The position numbers were made by a program, and so were the translations under genes. DNA of 60,350 nt, filler included, from Sphacelaria rigidula (taxonomy: Eukaryota), in the NCBI GenBank assembly GCA_964200075.2. It is 5 parts of 5 records of this genome, joined end to end, with 100 filler letters (N's around TTAATTAATTAA, not from the genome) between each part and the next. Parts side by side here need not be neighbours in the genome. Positions count along the whole stretch, not along the records: positions 48,363 to 60,350 come from CAXNAA020004269.1; 4 more parts are not named here. The stretch is one strand, 5' to 3'. Position 1 is the first letter of the stretch; the number at the start of each line of letters is the position of its first letter. The notes under the pieces are model-generated. The model searched no databases. It was not told the DNA's origin and worked only from the letters and a program-made list of their open reading frames with translations. Of the stretch, positions 49,080 through 60,350 are shown piece after piece.

Positions 49080-49715
49080 AGCAGAGGCGATGTTCGTGAC
49101 TGACTGCCTGTAATGAAAATATGTGAACGATGCCATGCTCATCGTGTTTCATTTCGAGCACATGTCTTCGCTTGCAGGAAGAAATCTGTGATGGCCTTGC
49201 ATCACCTTGCACGCCGCCAACTGCTGATTTTATCTGTTCCGCTGTGCACAAAGGGCAATCTCGCGTTGGAAGAGCGCGTGTTTTACACACTTTGAGGTGT
49301 AGAGAGCGAAATCACAGGTGAAAGTCTGCTGTTTTGTGACAGACGATTCCAGCACAAAACCCTGAGCGTCGACAGCGATATCTAATTTCGTGGTTGCCGT
49401 CACTGACTTTCGCCGGCTGGTGATGGCAGCCATGATGTTTTTCGTGACTGTACCTAAAAATAAGATGTAAACGATGCTATTTTCACTGTGTTTCATGTCC
49501 GAGCAAATGTCTTTCCTTGCGGGAAGAAATCTGTGACGGCCAGCTGCTGCTTTGTTTTGTGCCGCTGTGCACAGAGGGCAATTTCGCGTTGGAAGAGCGA
49601 GTGCTCTATACACGTTGAGTTGCAGAGAGCAAAATCACACATGAAAGTCTGCTGTATTGTGTCAGATTATTCCAGTATGCAGTCGTAAGCGTGGAGAGCG
49701 ATTACATTTTTCGTG
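49080..49715. repeat. Diverged tandem duplication, unit about 345 bp
   Basis: 49080-49424 and 49425-49715 share GGAAGAAATCTGTGA, CCGCTGTGCACA.AGGGCAAT.TCGCGTTGGAAGAGCG and TGAAAGTCTGCTGT in the same order. Confidence 0.85.
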
Positions 49716-51298
49716 AAAACACTGGCTGTTCCGGCTGATGATTTTCCCCTGATTGCCTGTAGCTGCTGCACACAAAATACATCATGCGGGCTAACGTTTC
49801 ACTGCTGTTGCTGTGGTGTGTGGCGGCCACGACTACTGCTGTCCTTATTTTTGTGTGGTGCTGTGTGCAAGGGTGGGGAATGTGGTGTGGTAGGTCTTGC
49901 TGTGTTTGCTTCCCGAGTGCTACCGCAACAAACAACAGCTTCTGTCTCAGCGCTACACTTATGCAACAAGAGGAGCATAATCATCGGTGCAACAACATCC
50001 GCAGATTAGTGAACCCCAATCACTTAAGAAGTGTACTACTTTTACAGTATATTTCATATGAACCGGATCCTTATTTTGAGGTGTCGTGCGTATATGTGAT
50101 TGATACGATTGGCTCGATTACGATCCATTTTTTCTTCAGTCAGTGGTCGGGCACACTCTCCCGAAACATAGTCCCCAAAATCGGCCCCCATTCACCCCCA
50201 TAGCTGTGTATTATACAACACTAGCAGATGTGGAAATAGCGTGGACTGTGTGCAGCGGACAGCAACAACGCGTTGATTGAGGTGTACTGCTGTCTGAACG
50301 CCGACCAAAAAAAATCTGCATGCGCGGTGCAGCAGCAGTACAATACAGTACAGTTGAAGCAATGCACGTGCGATGGAGCACCAAGACTGCAAAATTGTAG
50401 GCAAAGGATATCCTGTTTGCATAGATCGCAGCAGCAGGGGCAACAAGCGTACATCATTTTCAAATCACGAATACGTGTACGTCATGAATACAGCGTATCG
50501 GACACGTACGAGTGCGTTCACTGAGGTGGCTCAAAACCGGCCAAGGGTTCTCCTGCACTAATTTCTGTACAAAAAATGATGATCTCATCTTTCACCTCTT
50601 CATGTAAATAGTGTGCCGTCACTTGCAAGAACGGTTCCGAGGCCAAGTTGACCACAGGCCGGCCATCTAGGAGAGGGGTCGCCATCGAGCGGTTGAGGAA
50701 GTTAAATCTAAAACCAAGAGGATGGCCAATAACCCAGATGTGACTGGCCTACAGCCTCAATTGCGCCCGACATCCTGTTGTGTGTACACCCAGCATATGC
50801 TTAGGCAGCCGCGACAAATGTATTTTATTCCGAACGAAAGAGCGCAATGATCCAGGGCGCGACGCACACGTGGGCTGATAGGCGTTTCAGGGATACCATA
50901 CCATCAGGGTTGGTCTTGTCAAGCTGTGTGTGGCGATTAATCCATGATCAAGCATCTGTGTTGCAAATGAGCCCAATATTTGTTGGATTCCCTGACTTCA
51001 CAGACCCACGTTTTACGAGAGACGTACAGCGATGGAGCTAGTAGTGGAACCACATGCGCGAGAACATTGCGACCGCATGCTGGCACCACCTGGGCGCCGC
51101 CGGCCCGAAAAGTTCGTACCGTGCTGTAGACAGCACGCGGAGGCCGTTCATGTCCGTCCTTGCCTTTCTTGTCCAGATCGTTTGCTGTAATTAGTTATGG
51201 CCCTACAAAATCGTGCCTCGTGTGGTGTGAATGCTCCCATTCCCGTCTCTTCACATCGTTTTCTTCCTCTCATCTCTCTCTCTCCGGTGCAACCTCAG

Positions 51299-53855
51299 GA
51301 GTTTTCGAGTGCGGCATGCTTGTTGAAGGGTTATCCGGAAGAAGAAAAAATGCAACGTGAGGACTTCCAAAAAAAAAATGGTTCATCGGCGTAGCGCACG
51401 TTGCACCGATACACTACTACGCATTTGCAGACCATTTGTTTGCTGCTGTTTTTTTGGTGTGTGTCTTCCGGCGCAATGGTGCAGAGCTTGCTTGTGTTGC
51501 GTATGCTATTTCACCGGCTTCGCTGCTAGCACCATATTGTTGTGCTCGCAACAGTAAACACTGATGTTGCATCTCTAACGTTACACACGCTTGGGGCTTC
51601 CTAGCTATGCATAACCTCCCTAATCCCCCACTCCGTTCGTTGACTACAAACCAGTGCTCTTCAAGATGTACAGCGACACGGGCACAAGCAAAGTCGGTCT
51701 TATTGGACGAGATGGGCTCCAAGCTTTTATCCTAGATATGATCACAGCCTCCCCGCCGCCGAGCGCCCCGCCAGGATGCACCGACCATCACCGAGGCAGA
51801 GGAACAAGGGGTACAGTCGCCGGTCAAACCGCTGGGGTGGAAACATTAAACAGCGTAACAACTTTCCAGTCATCAGAGGCAGATGCAGCAAATTGTCGAG
51901 AGGTAGCGGGTGATTATTGTCCGAGCGGGGAGCGAAGAGACTTGCGTGAGGGGATACGATTAGAAGGGGGGACAGTGGGGGGCGGCATGGTGACTGAGGA
52001 CCAGGCACCAATAGACTTTGAGGTGGAACTGAAAGATGTGCTGGACAGGATGGCAGGCGTAGTGCTGGCCGAGGTGGGTGTGCGTGTGGACGAAGAAGTT
52101 GGTGGCCGGGAATGACAAAAGTGCAGATGTGAAAAAATTGCTTTGTGGAAAAATACGAGTTATGGGAGAAGCGATGCGACCTTTTCAAGAGATCCTGTAA
52201 AGTGTTCTGTTTGAGTTGTCACTCTTCTGCACCACTGCACATGGTTGTCAGTACATACTACATAATTTCATCAGTCAAGGGTGCAGGACAGTTCGCCCAC
52301 GTAGGGGAAGGGAGAGGTACATCGTAGAGCACTCTCCGAGATTGCTGTAGTCCATCGTACCTAGAACGAGATTCTCCGGCCGGCTCCGTGAAATCACCAT
52401 CGAACGCGTGCTTGTATATCAAAATCGCACTACGGGGCTTGAATCAGCTGGCTACGATCGTATACGAATGTTCTGTCTTCAACTGTCGTGGGATTTTTTA
52501 TTTCTTCTGGCGATTCAGATGTCAAGAGGAAGCTTTGAGGTGATTGCGCAATATTATTCCCCATCGAGAGGAAACGTTATACGCCCTTCCTCCGGGCATT
52601 GCCACTGGCGAACCACGTACGGAGAGAAAAAATAGCGGATGCTTGCTCGTGCAGAATCAACTTCAGATCAGATGGAGGCAGCAGCATGCGCGGTTTTGGT
52701 CCATGTAGCAATTAGCATTTCCCCTGTCCCTTTTAGTTCGAGTCGTTTTAAGGTTTGCCTTTGCTTCCATTTTAATGCCTTTTGTCACCGCAGCACGATG
52801 CTGACGGAGACGGGATGCTGTCGGAGCGTGAGTGGAGAGACTATCTTCAGGTGTGTATTCACTTCCACTGTTGACAGTGTGGGGTGCTACTTGCCATGGA
52901 CCAGCTCCAGTGCAGAGCCGCAAGGCAAGACTCCTATTGCTGGCTAGTGTGTTGCATATTCACGGGGGTAATCACGTTGTCTGGCCGCGGGAACTCTATA
53001 CCGGTGCCGCAGAAAATAAATAATTTTTCAGTGGCACTACTTATGCTTCCTCTATTGTGTCGATATGTTCGACAGACGCAGATTTCGTAGACCGTTCTCT
53101 CCTGTATCAAAACGAAGTACCCTTCCATGTTCGTCACTAACCACGGTAGCAAAGATGCTGTTGATGCCCCAGCGTGCGCACAGTCCCGACGACTCTACAC
53201 TTCGTAAAATTTGTTACATCCTTGCGGAATGTGTGAGCAAATTCTGAATAATCCCAACGTGAGTTGCCATCTAGCGCTCCCTATGGCACGTTCCTCTAAG
53301 TGCAACCTAGTTAAGTAAGAAAAAATCGCTAGGACGCACTTGCGGCAGGACGAAGAGCGGGTGTCGACGAAGAGTGTCCCTAGCTTGTCCTGCTGATGAC
53401 GGCTTGGATCGCCCGTATACCGCAAGGTAGGACTGGGCGAGGTTCACTTTTATTGGGTGCATTTGGGCAAGAAATTGGGTCAGACTCTACTGTGCCAACC
53501 GGCGGCTCTCGGCGCATGGTGTCGAGTTCGATAGGGGAACGTTGGCTGCTGTCTAGGGTCACGAGTTCCGACACGCACGCACAAGGACCCTCTCGGGTTG
53601 ATCCCTCTCACGTCACGGTCGGTCTTTCCCGTACCGCAACGTTCTCTCGACTGATTGTACACCTGTTATGGCATCGTTGTCCGGTCCGTATATACGAATA
53701 TGGCTTGCACAAGAGCATTTCTTTCTCACACGGCGTTGTTCTTGTGTCGCTTGTTACTCTCCGCCAACATGCACGTGCAACAGCGGGAGGAGGAAGGCGT
53801 GGGTGCCTTTTTGAAAACTCTCAGCGACAGCGTGGAGCAGCTTCTGTTGCAGTGA
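51299..53855 (+). CDS. EF-hand calcium-binding protein (calcineurin B / NCS / CBL-like), 5'-partial, last 4 exons
   Basis: Exons 51299-51356, 51655-52073, 52794-52850 and 53784-53855 have canonical splice sites and matching phases. They read EFSSAACLLKGYPEEEKMQLLFKMYSDTGTSKVGLIGRDGL...VLAEHDADGDGMLSEREWRDYLQREEEGVGAFLKTLSDSVEQLLLQ*, including the canonical loop DADGDGMLSERE. Confidence 0.85.
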
Positions 53856-54461
53856 CGGCGGCCAATCACGTTTTCCTTGGGCCCAGCCGATGGTTGGTCT
53901 GAGCGCCCCTATTGATGAACGCTCTGTTGTGTTTGACGCAGTTGTTCACAACAAATAGAAACACTGATGCCTGGCGTATGCAGTGCTTCAAACTTACAAG
54001 TTGTATATGTCCAGGCCTCGGCTTCACAAGGTGGCTGTGCACCCCTGATTTCCCCTCCCACTCGCGTCCCAAGGTACTCAGATTGCTGGCGAACCCAGGG
54101 TATCGACATCCAAATTCATTCAGTATTACAGGGTTCGATTGATTCGATTGATCGTCGCACATGAATTGATCTCGAGGAGTCCAGCCGTGGTCACTAGACA
54201 GACGTACCCGGAGTGAAAAGATACATACCTCATACTTGGGGCCCACACCCAGTACCGGGCAATAGCCTGCACTGGGTGGCCAGGTACCAGTGAGAGCTGA
54301 GTTGGGGTTCTGAGTCTTACGCAGGTGCTGAAGGTAGGGTACTTACCCTGCGTACCCTGGATTTTCACGGCATTTCGATTTTCCAGTACTCCAAGGGGTA
54401 CGCGAGGTATAGACTGTCAACAGGCCTGAGTACTTCAGTTATCCGCCCTCCTGTAAAGATT

Positions 54462-55200
54462 CAGGGCTTTTCACGGAAAGAAAGTCTCACGGGAAGGATG
54501 ATGGGACGAGATAGATATCCCCGTCCCATCCCATCTGGTCGTTTTTCCAGCGTCGCACTTCCCGTCCCGCCACGTAAATGTTTCGGCAACGGGAAACATT
54601 TCAAAATTTCCGTCCTGTTTCGTCAGGGACAGGAAAAGTTCCCGTCGCGTCCAATCCCGTCTTGGTTTTCCCCGTTAGCATCCTGTCGGGACGTTTGTGG
54701 CCGTTTCCCTCACTCTTCACGGGACATCCCGTTCCGTTCCAGCGGGACATCTCTTTAAGGGAAGAGGAAATCTTGTCCCCTGTCACGAGAAGTGTAGAAT
54801 GTCTTCACGTATAATCGGATCTTTGTCAGATGCGAGCCGTGCATGTTACGAAAACCTGAATTTTGCAATGTTTGTTGTTGCTGGCGCGTGTAGCCATCGT
54901 TCATCGTTTCCACAAAATTCCGATCTTAGCGCACATGTTTCGGGTTGTTGGTACCCATTTCCCATGATCACGGGATGGGGCAGGACGGAAATCTCACGGG
55001 ACAATATTTATGTTCACGTGGAGACGGGACGACACGAAACAGCAATCTCGCAAGACGACGTTCACTTCTTCCGGCGACAGCGCGACGGAACGGCAAGTTC
55101 CCGTCCCGTCGTGTTTTCAGGGGCTTAGTTCCCGTGCGTCCGGTCCCGCCGCGTCCCGTCGCCGTCGGGAAGACGGGCATTCCCGTCGTGGCAGGCCCTG
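54462..55200. mobile_element. Non-autonomous DNA transposon (hAT-like CAGGGC...GCCCTG ends, GACGG/CCCGT subterminal motifs)
   Basis: CAGGGCTTTTCACG at the left and CGTGGCAGGCCCTG at the right, with many CCCGTCCC/GGGACGG motifs. No clean TSD seen. Confidence 0.7.
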
Positions 55201-57108
55201 GAGAAAGTCGGCATGGTATCCGGAACTCTGAGAAAGTACTATGTGCTCCCGATAACCAAGGTGTGGTCTGCCGAAAACACTTGGATTCCAGGGTGTAAGG
55301 GTATCGTCTGCCTGAAGTGCTGAGCACCCCGGGTAGCCTAACTGTCTTTATTGTTGCTGGTTTCTCTTTCTTCCCCGTGCAACACAAGATGTTTTTTTTT
55401 TCGTTCGGTATCACTCAGAACTCTACTGTACTTCGGGTGACCGTAAAATGCATGGAGTTATTCGGGACTTCAAATGATGTCAACAGCCGGAAAACTTACA
55501 GCGTGGCCCAAATGACCTACCGTGGCGGTCTTAACTACTTACTGACTACACCTCGCGGTCGACTCTTCTTGATGTGGTTTGATTGATAGTCCAACACAAT
55601 ATTATTACAGTGCTGACCCCTGAGGGACCCAGCCGTGGCGACAGTGCAGATGTTGTGTACCCAAGGTGAACAAAACAGAAACGCTCGCTGCTGACAAAGT
55701 AGGAACGTGGATGGAGAAAAGATGGAACCAAAGGGTGTGTCATTGAAGGGGAGGAAGTGCACTCGATTCTATTCCGAAAATCCAATACTGAAACGGGTAT
55801 GAGACCAAATAACAAGAAAGGAGCTCTGGTGCAGAGCCCTCCAGGATTCGGAAAGTCTGAATATACCATATATGAAACATTTGCGGGTCATGCGGAGAGA
55901 ACTCCGTATGGCGTAGGCAATTTTCGTTTCAAATCCGGAGAGCACCGTGTCATGGGTGATGACGAAAAAAACCAAGTAAACACCTTGCCTATGTTATTTA
56001 TTGTTTTTTATGTCATGAAATGAACTGGACGAACTGACTCTGTGTTGGTTGTTGTCTATGTGTTTTTATATTGTCTTGTCTTGCACACGAAAAACCGCTC
56101 CGACATTTGCGCAGTACTTTCTGACTTAACTTTCGTATTCTGGCCATCTGATGCGGACGCCTTCTGTGGTCACAGGCCAACTACCTAAAAGGAGGTGAAG
56201 GAAATCAAGTAGACGGGACGTGAAAAAATCAACGCAAACCAAAAAACCCCGAGAAACAAGTTCAAAAACAAAACCAAGCAGATAAGAAAAGAAAAGAAAA
56301 GGGGAGGATCGGAGAAGAAGAGGTAGGAAGGAGCTATTATTCCGGAATATATAATTATTATACATGATTATTTGAAGAATAACCAAAAAAAGCTGGAAAT
56401 TGCCGGCTTCTCCAGCTTGGTTTCAGGTGGAAAAGATCTTGCGCAAAGACGCATATACACCCGCACACAAGAAAATAAAATAAAATACATCACTCGGAGC
56501 AGATTGCGGCTCAACTATTTCGGCTCATGCAAAGGGTATGATACACAGACTGGTCTGTATGTCATATCCTTTGGGCTGATGAACCCTGCGGAGGAAATTT
56601 TGAAGCCTTTCAAGATCAGACCCGTGGTGGAGAAATAAAAGATCACCGAGAAGCAAGAATGCGAATGCCTGGAATCATGAGAAAAATTGAGGACGAGAAG
56701 AACTCGAGTAGCCATTATTAGTCTCGTAATATTGAAAATGAAAAGAGAGAACTATTGCCTGCCCCAGAAGACGAAAAATAAATCTCAATGCAAGTGGAGC
56801 ATGATAAGTTGAAATGTAAAAATCGAAATAGATCTAGACGTTGGAAAATGACATAGGCATGGATGTAGTCCGAGCCATCCGTGCGCAACATCCAACAAGC
56901 ACCACGTCCATCGTGAACAATAGCACCTAGGGAGTCGTCAACTGAACGTAACCTTCTCAGGTATTAGTAGAGGCGCACATACTCGAGAGGTCGGTGGTAT
57001 CCGATCCGGGCCTTAGTTACGCACTTCTTCCTCGTCCTGTGACTGCGAGAGGGAGGGAGCACAACCGGAGGTTTTCTTCCACAGAAAAACACAGCAGACG
57101 TGTCAACC

Positions 57109-57539
57109 ATGCCCAACGCAACAGCTGAGGCGCACAAGGCGTGAGTGCATCGCATACCCAACGCAGAGGACCAGCTGTGGAGTGTGGATGCACGTTTCTG
57201 AGGGTTCGGTGTCATGGTTGGATTCACACTGGCTGTTGTACTGACATGTTGTGACTCGGGACAGATTTCGCGACGTTGTGTGCTTTTTTGAAAAGATTTC
57301 GGCGAACAGACGAACTTCGTGCGATGTGTGTCGATGATGCCAAGTTTGGCACTAGCGCCCGTCTGCGCGTTCGGAAATCTGGTGTACCGATTTCCTCTCC
57401 TTTCCCGCCTGCAATCGCTCGTGTTTCGTAGAGCGGGCAACCAGTTCTTCAAGAATGGAGACTACCGCATGGCGATTGCCAAGTATTCGGAAGCCATCGA
57501 CGCTGACCCATCGAACCACGCATACTGGTCGAACCGCAG
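57109..57539 (+). CDS. TPR-repeat protein (STI1/Hop-like co-chaperone N-terminus), first 2 exons, 3'-partial
   Basis: Exon 57109-57140 (ATG in CAACCATG context, GTGAG donor) and exon 57432-57539 give MPNATAEAHKAAGNQFFKNGDYRMAIAKYSEAIDADPSNHAYWSNR. This is a TPR with the carboxylate-clamp-type K..GN and SNR residues. Confidence 0.9.
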
Positions 57540-58831
57540 GTGATGTGATGTGAATTCGTGGTGTGCGTTTTTGTTCCAGAAGCATAAAAGAGCTTGACTG
57601 GTCGGTCTCCCGCAGCTCATTTTGAGGGCTCGCTACCGTAGCTGTCGTGTCGTGCGTAGGCGTGTTGGGTGTGCGTTTTGCGGTTCAATTCCATGGAGCG
57701 ATTGGAGGAATCCCTGATAATCCAAGGTGACACGTCCCGCTCGAACAAAGATGATGTGCTTACTTATTTCGCTGTAATGGCCACGACATGACAAGCACAA
57801 AAAACGGTCGAGATTCCTCAGAGCTTGTGTGCCTTCCGTTGTTCACTGTTTCTGCTCCGAAAAAAGCTCGTAGTTTTCCCAACGTTGACGCCCACCTGTA
57901 TTGCAACATATATTTGATCATCAATACAGATGATGTACTCAAAGAACAACTAGCTAGTGCATTGTCGGACCAGTTTTACCGCTTTCGGGTCATCGTGTTT
58001 TCGTTTGCTTCAAAGAACGCCGTTGAAGTCTAAACCAAGCTCCTGAGCATGTCCAACTGGCGGCCGGCCAGGCTGTAAAACTGCGGCGCGAACAGCACGG
58101 AATGAGATATACACACGAGTGGACGCGCAGAGAAACCGTGAACGCTTGTTCGCTTTTTAGTAGGGCGATTTATCATGGGGCAGCAGCGGGGTGGAAGCAC
58201 AGGACCCATGGTAAGGAAGGCGGGCCCCAAACGAGAGAGCCCAACAACACACGCTGGCCCAGGAGACGAGGGTTGAACTCACGGTTATGGAACTTGTACG
58301 ATGCAGAAACGAACCTGGCTCCGCTCTGCGGGTACCCACGGCCGTTTGACTCTGACTGCGATACTACTCCACAGTATGTAAATGCAGAATATCTGCGGGG
58401 AATGTAAAGCTCGGTTGTTTTTCAAATATTGACAAAAGCCGACAGGAAAAATTGCAAGCAGATGAACGAACCTTAGTCGTGTTTCACCACTTGGTCGACA
58501 AAGACCTGCCGGGAACTTTATCACTTGATGTGAGCGTTAACACCGATATTCGGATCTTTACGGGGACTGACAGCCCCAATTGCTTCTAGCCTGCGCCAAA
58601 CGCATTTCCGTCAAAATCGACGCGGTCTGCCAACGCCGCACTTGCCTAGAAAACGCTGTGCCTCCCCCTTGCCCGAGGGTTCTCGGTATGCCTCGGATTG
58701 TTGTGAGGGTTAGGGTTAGCGTTGGTTCGAAATAAAATGTTGCCAAGAAGTTTCTTCTTTGACCGAGTGGTCAACACACCTCGCAATACGTGGATATGCA
58801 CGAGATTGTGGTGGAAATATTTCACACGTCG

Positions 58832-59399
58832 GACGAGTCATTACTCGTCGAAACGAGTGCACTCGTGGATGCTTTCCGAAAACACCACGAGCATGACTCG
58901 TGTGCTCGAGTCATCACTTTTTTTTGCGACGAGCGATGACTCGTGTGCGCGAGTCATTACTTGTTTTCACAACAACTAATGACTCGGGTGCTCGCCCCAG
59001 TAGATTGGTTCCACAACGAGCAATGACTCGAGTGTCCGCCCTACTATTTTTTTCCACAACGAGCAATGACTCTTGTGCTCTTGTGCTCACTCTATTAGCT
59101 TGTTCCCGCAACGAGCAAGGACTCGAGTGGTCGCCCTAATAGTTTGTTTCCACAACAAGCAACGACTCGAGTTCTCGCCCTAATATTTTTTTCCGTAACG
59201 AGCAATGACTCGAGTGCTCGCGCTAATATTTTTTTCCGCAACGAGCAATGACTCGAGTGCTCGCGCTAATATTTTTTTCCGCAACGAGCAATGACTCGAG
59301 TGCTCGCCCTATTAGTTTGTTCCCACAACGAGCAATGACTCGAGTGCTCGCCCTACAATTTTTTTCCACAGCGAGCAATGAGTCGAGTGTTCGCCCTAT
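58832..59399. repeat. Tandem array of about 43-44-bp units with a palindromic core (about 13 copies)
   Basis: The core CGAGCAATGACTCGAGTGCTCG starts at 59199, 59242, 59285 and 59329. Units upstream are more degenerate. Confidence 0.92.
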
Positions 59400-60129
59400 C
59401 AACCCTTTCGCGTGGGACCAACCCCCCACTAACGAGAGGCTGAAAATCGTGAAATCGTGAAAAATAAATCGGGGAGCGACCTGCCCAATCACGGCAAGGC
59501 GAAATCTATAGACCGAACCCGAACGACCAGCGCCGGAACTGTTGCCAAGTGTGACATCACTGCAAATATAGTGTTTGGGCCCTATCCCTGGCCCAGACAA
59601 GCCTTCCCAAGTTTCTGAAGTCAATATTATTAGTTGCATTCGGTATAGCATTCCCGGGGTTTCCCAGTAGTTTTCTTGGATCGCCAGCTTACACAAGAAC
59701 GTGGTGAGTACACTAACACAGGGTGGAGTGGGAAAACCGGGAAGGAGTGTACATGCCACATTGTGGTCATATTTGAGAGGCACTAAACCCAGCAGCTGTA
59801 AGTACAGTACAGAGAAAAGGAGCTACCGTCATCACTTATGCTCATACCTCGGCCGACGACTCGCAGGACACTTTACACATGTATGTGGTGGATGGAGATG
59901 AACAAGCTGTGCATATGCAGCTGATCTCCGTCGCTGAGAACTGCCCAAAACGTGCAAATGAGTACGCAGCGGCAGCTGCTGGTGCTGGTGCAGTCGGAGA
60001 AGCGTACTGCACTTACTGTACTGTACTGTACTGTATGTATGTATGTGCGCCGCAACACCCATACGAGCTGGGCCAGCCTAGAGGGTGCATGAACGTTTGC
60101 AGGCGGATGCGCCGGCCAATATTTGGAGT

Positions 60130-60350
60130 TAGACCCTTGAATTTGGTATGGATAATGCATGGGGCATAATAAAAAATCGTGTAGAAGCCCATTGAGTTTT
60201 TTTGTTTTTTTTCGTCAGATGGGGGCGTTTTGCTGAAACCTGAAAACTAATTATTGCCCTTGGCTCACGTAGAAAAAAACCCCTTCAATGTGCTTCTTCA
60301 CGGTTTTTTATTATGCCCCATGCATTATCCATACCAAATTTCAGGGTCTA
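60130..60350. mobile_element. MITE with about 75-bp terminal inverted repeats and TA ends (Tc1/mariner-like)
   Basis: TAGACCCT.AATTTGGTATGGATAATGCATGGGGCATAATAAAAAA pairs with TTTTTTATTATGCCCCATGCATTATCCATACCAAATT.CAGGGTCTA. Confidence 0.92.

Noticed and set aside
58700..58722. Telomere repeat (also at about 995-1015 and 25345-25360)
   Set aside because: Only 2-3 degenerate TTAGGG-like units inside interspersed repeats, not a chromosome end.
58832..59399. CRISPR array
   Set aside because: The spacers are variants of one another, no cas genes are present, and the context is eukaryotic.
59223..59783. 186-aa minus-strand ORF and other short ORFs inside MITEs and arrays
   Set aside because: These are translations of repeats, with no coding signature.

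Overview
This is eukaryotic nuclear DNA, most likely from a brown alga (Phaeophyceae, Ectocarpus-like). That assignment is inferred from GT-AG genes with long repeat-filled introns and from the gene and repeat types. The window is not one locus. It is five sequences of about 12 kb (1-11992, 12093-24084, 24185-36173, 36274-48262, 48363-60350) joined in non-increasing length order by 100-nt N/TTAATTAATTAA/N linkers, so nothing can be inferred across the joins. Piece 1 holds the last 8 exons of an intact Pmp-like beta-helix plus multi-TM receptor-like gene, with SINE, MITE and Copia relics in its introns. Piece 2 holds a decayed minus-strand gene resembling a Crypton-type tyrosine recombinase, head-to-head with a long decayed plus-strand coding region of unknown identity, followed by a foldback element and a LINE 3' end. 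Piece 3 holds exons of a WW-domain gene among repeats. Piece 4 is a near full-length, pseudogenised Ty3/Gypsy element abutting an inverted relative. It has a tRNA-Ser-like PBS, a CCHC gag, an in-frame UGA plus hairpins at the gag-pol junction, PR-RT-RH-IN, a chromodomain plus Tudor-like tail, and two LTR candidates that do not match. Piece 5 holds the 3' exons of an EF-hand (calcineurin-B/NCS-like) gene, a P-loop relic, the first two exons of a TPR (STI1/Hop-like) gene, a 43-bp palindromic tandem array and MITEs. No CRISPR array, rRNA or intact tRNA gene was found. All homology calls come from reading motifs by eye, not from searches.
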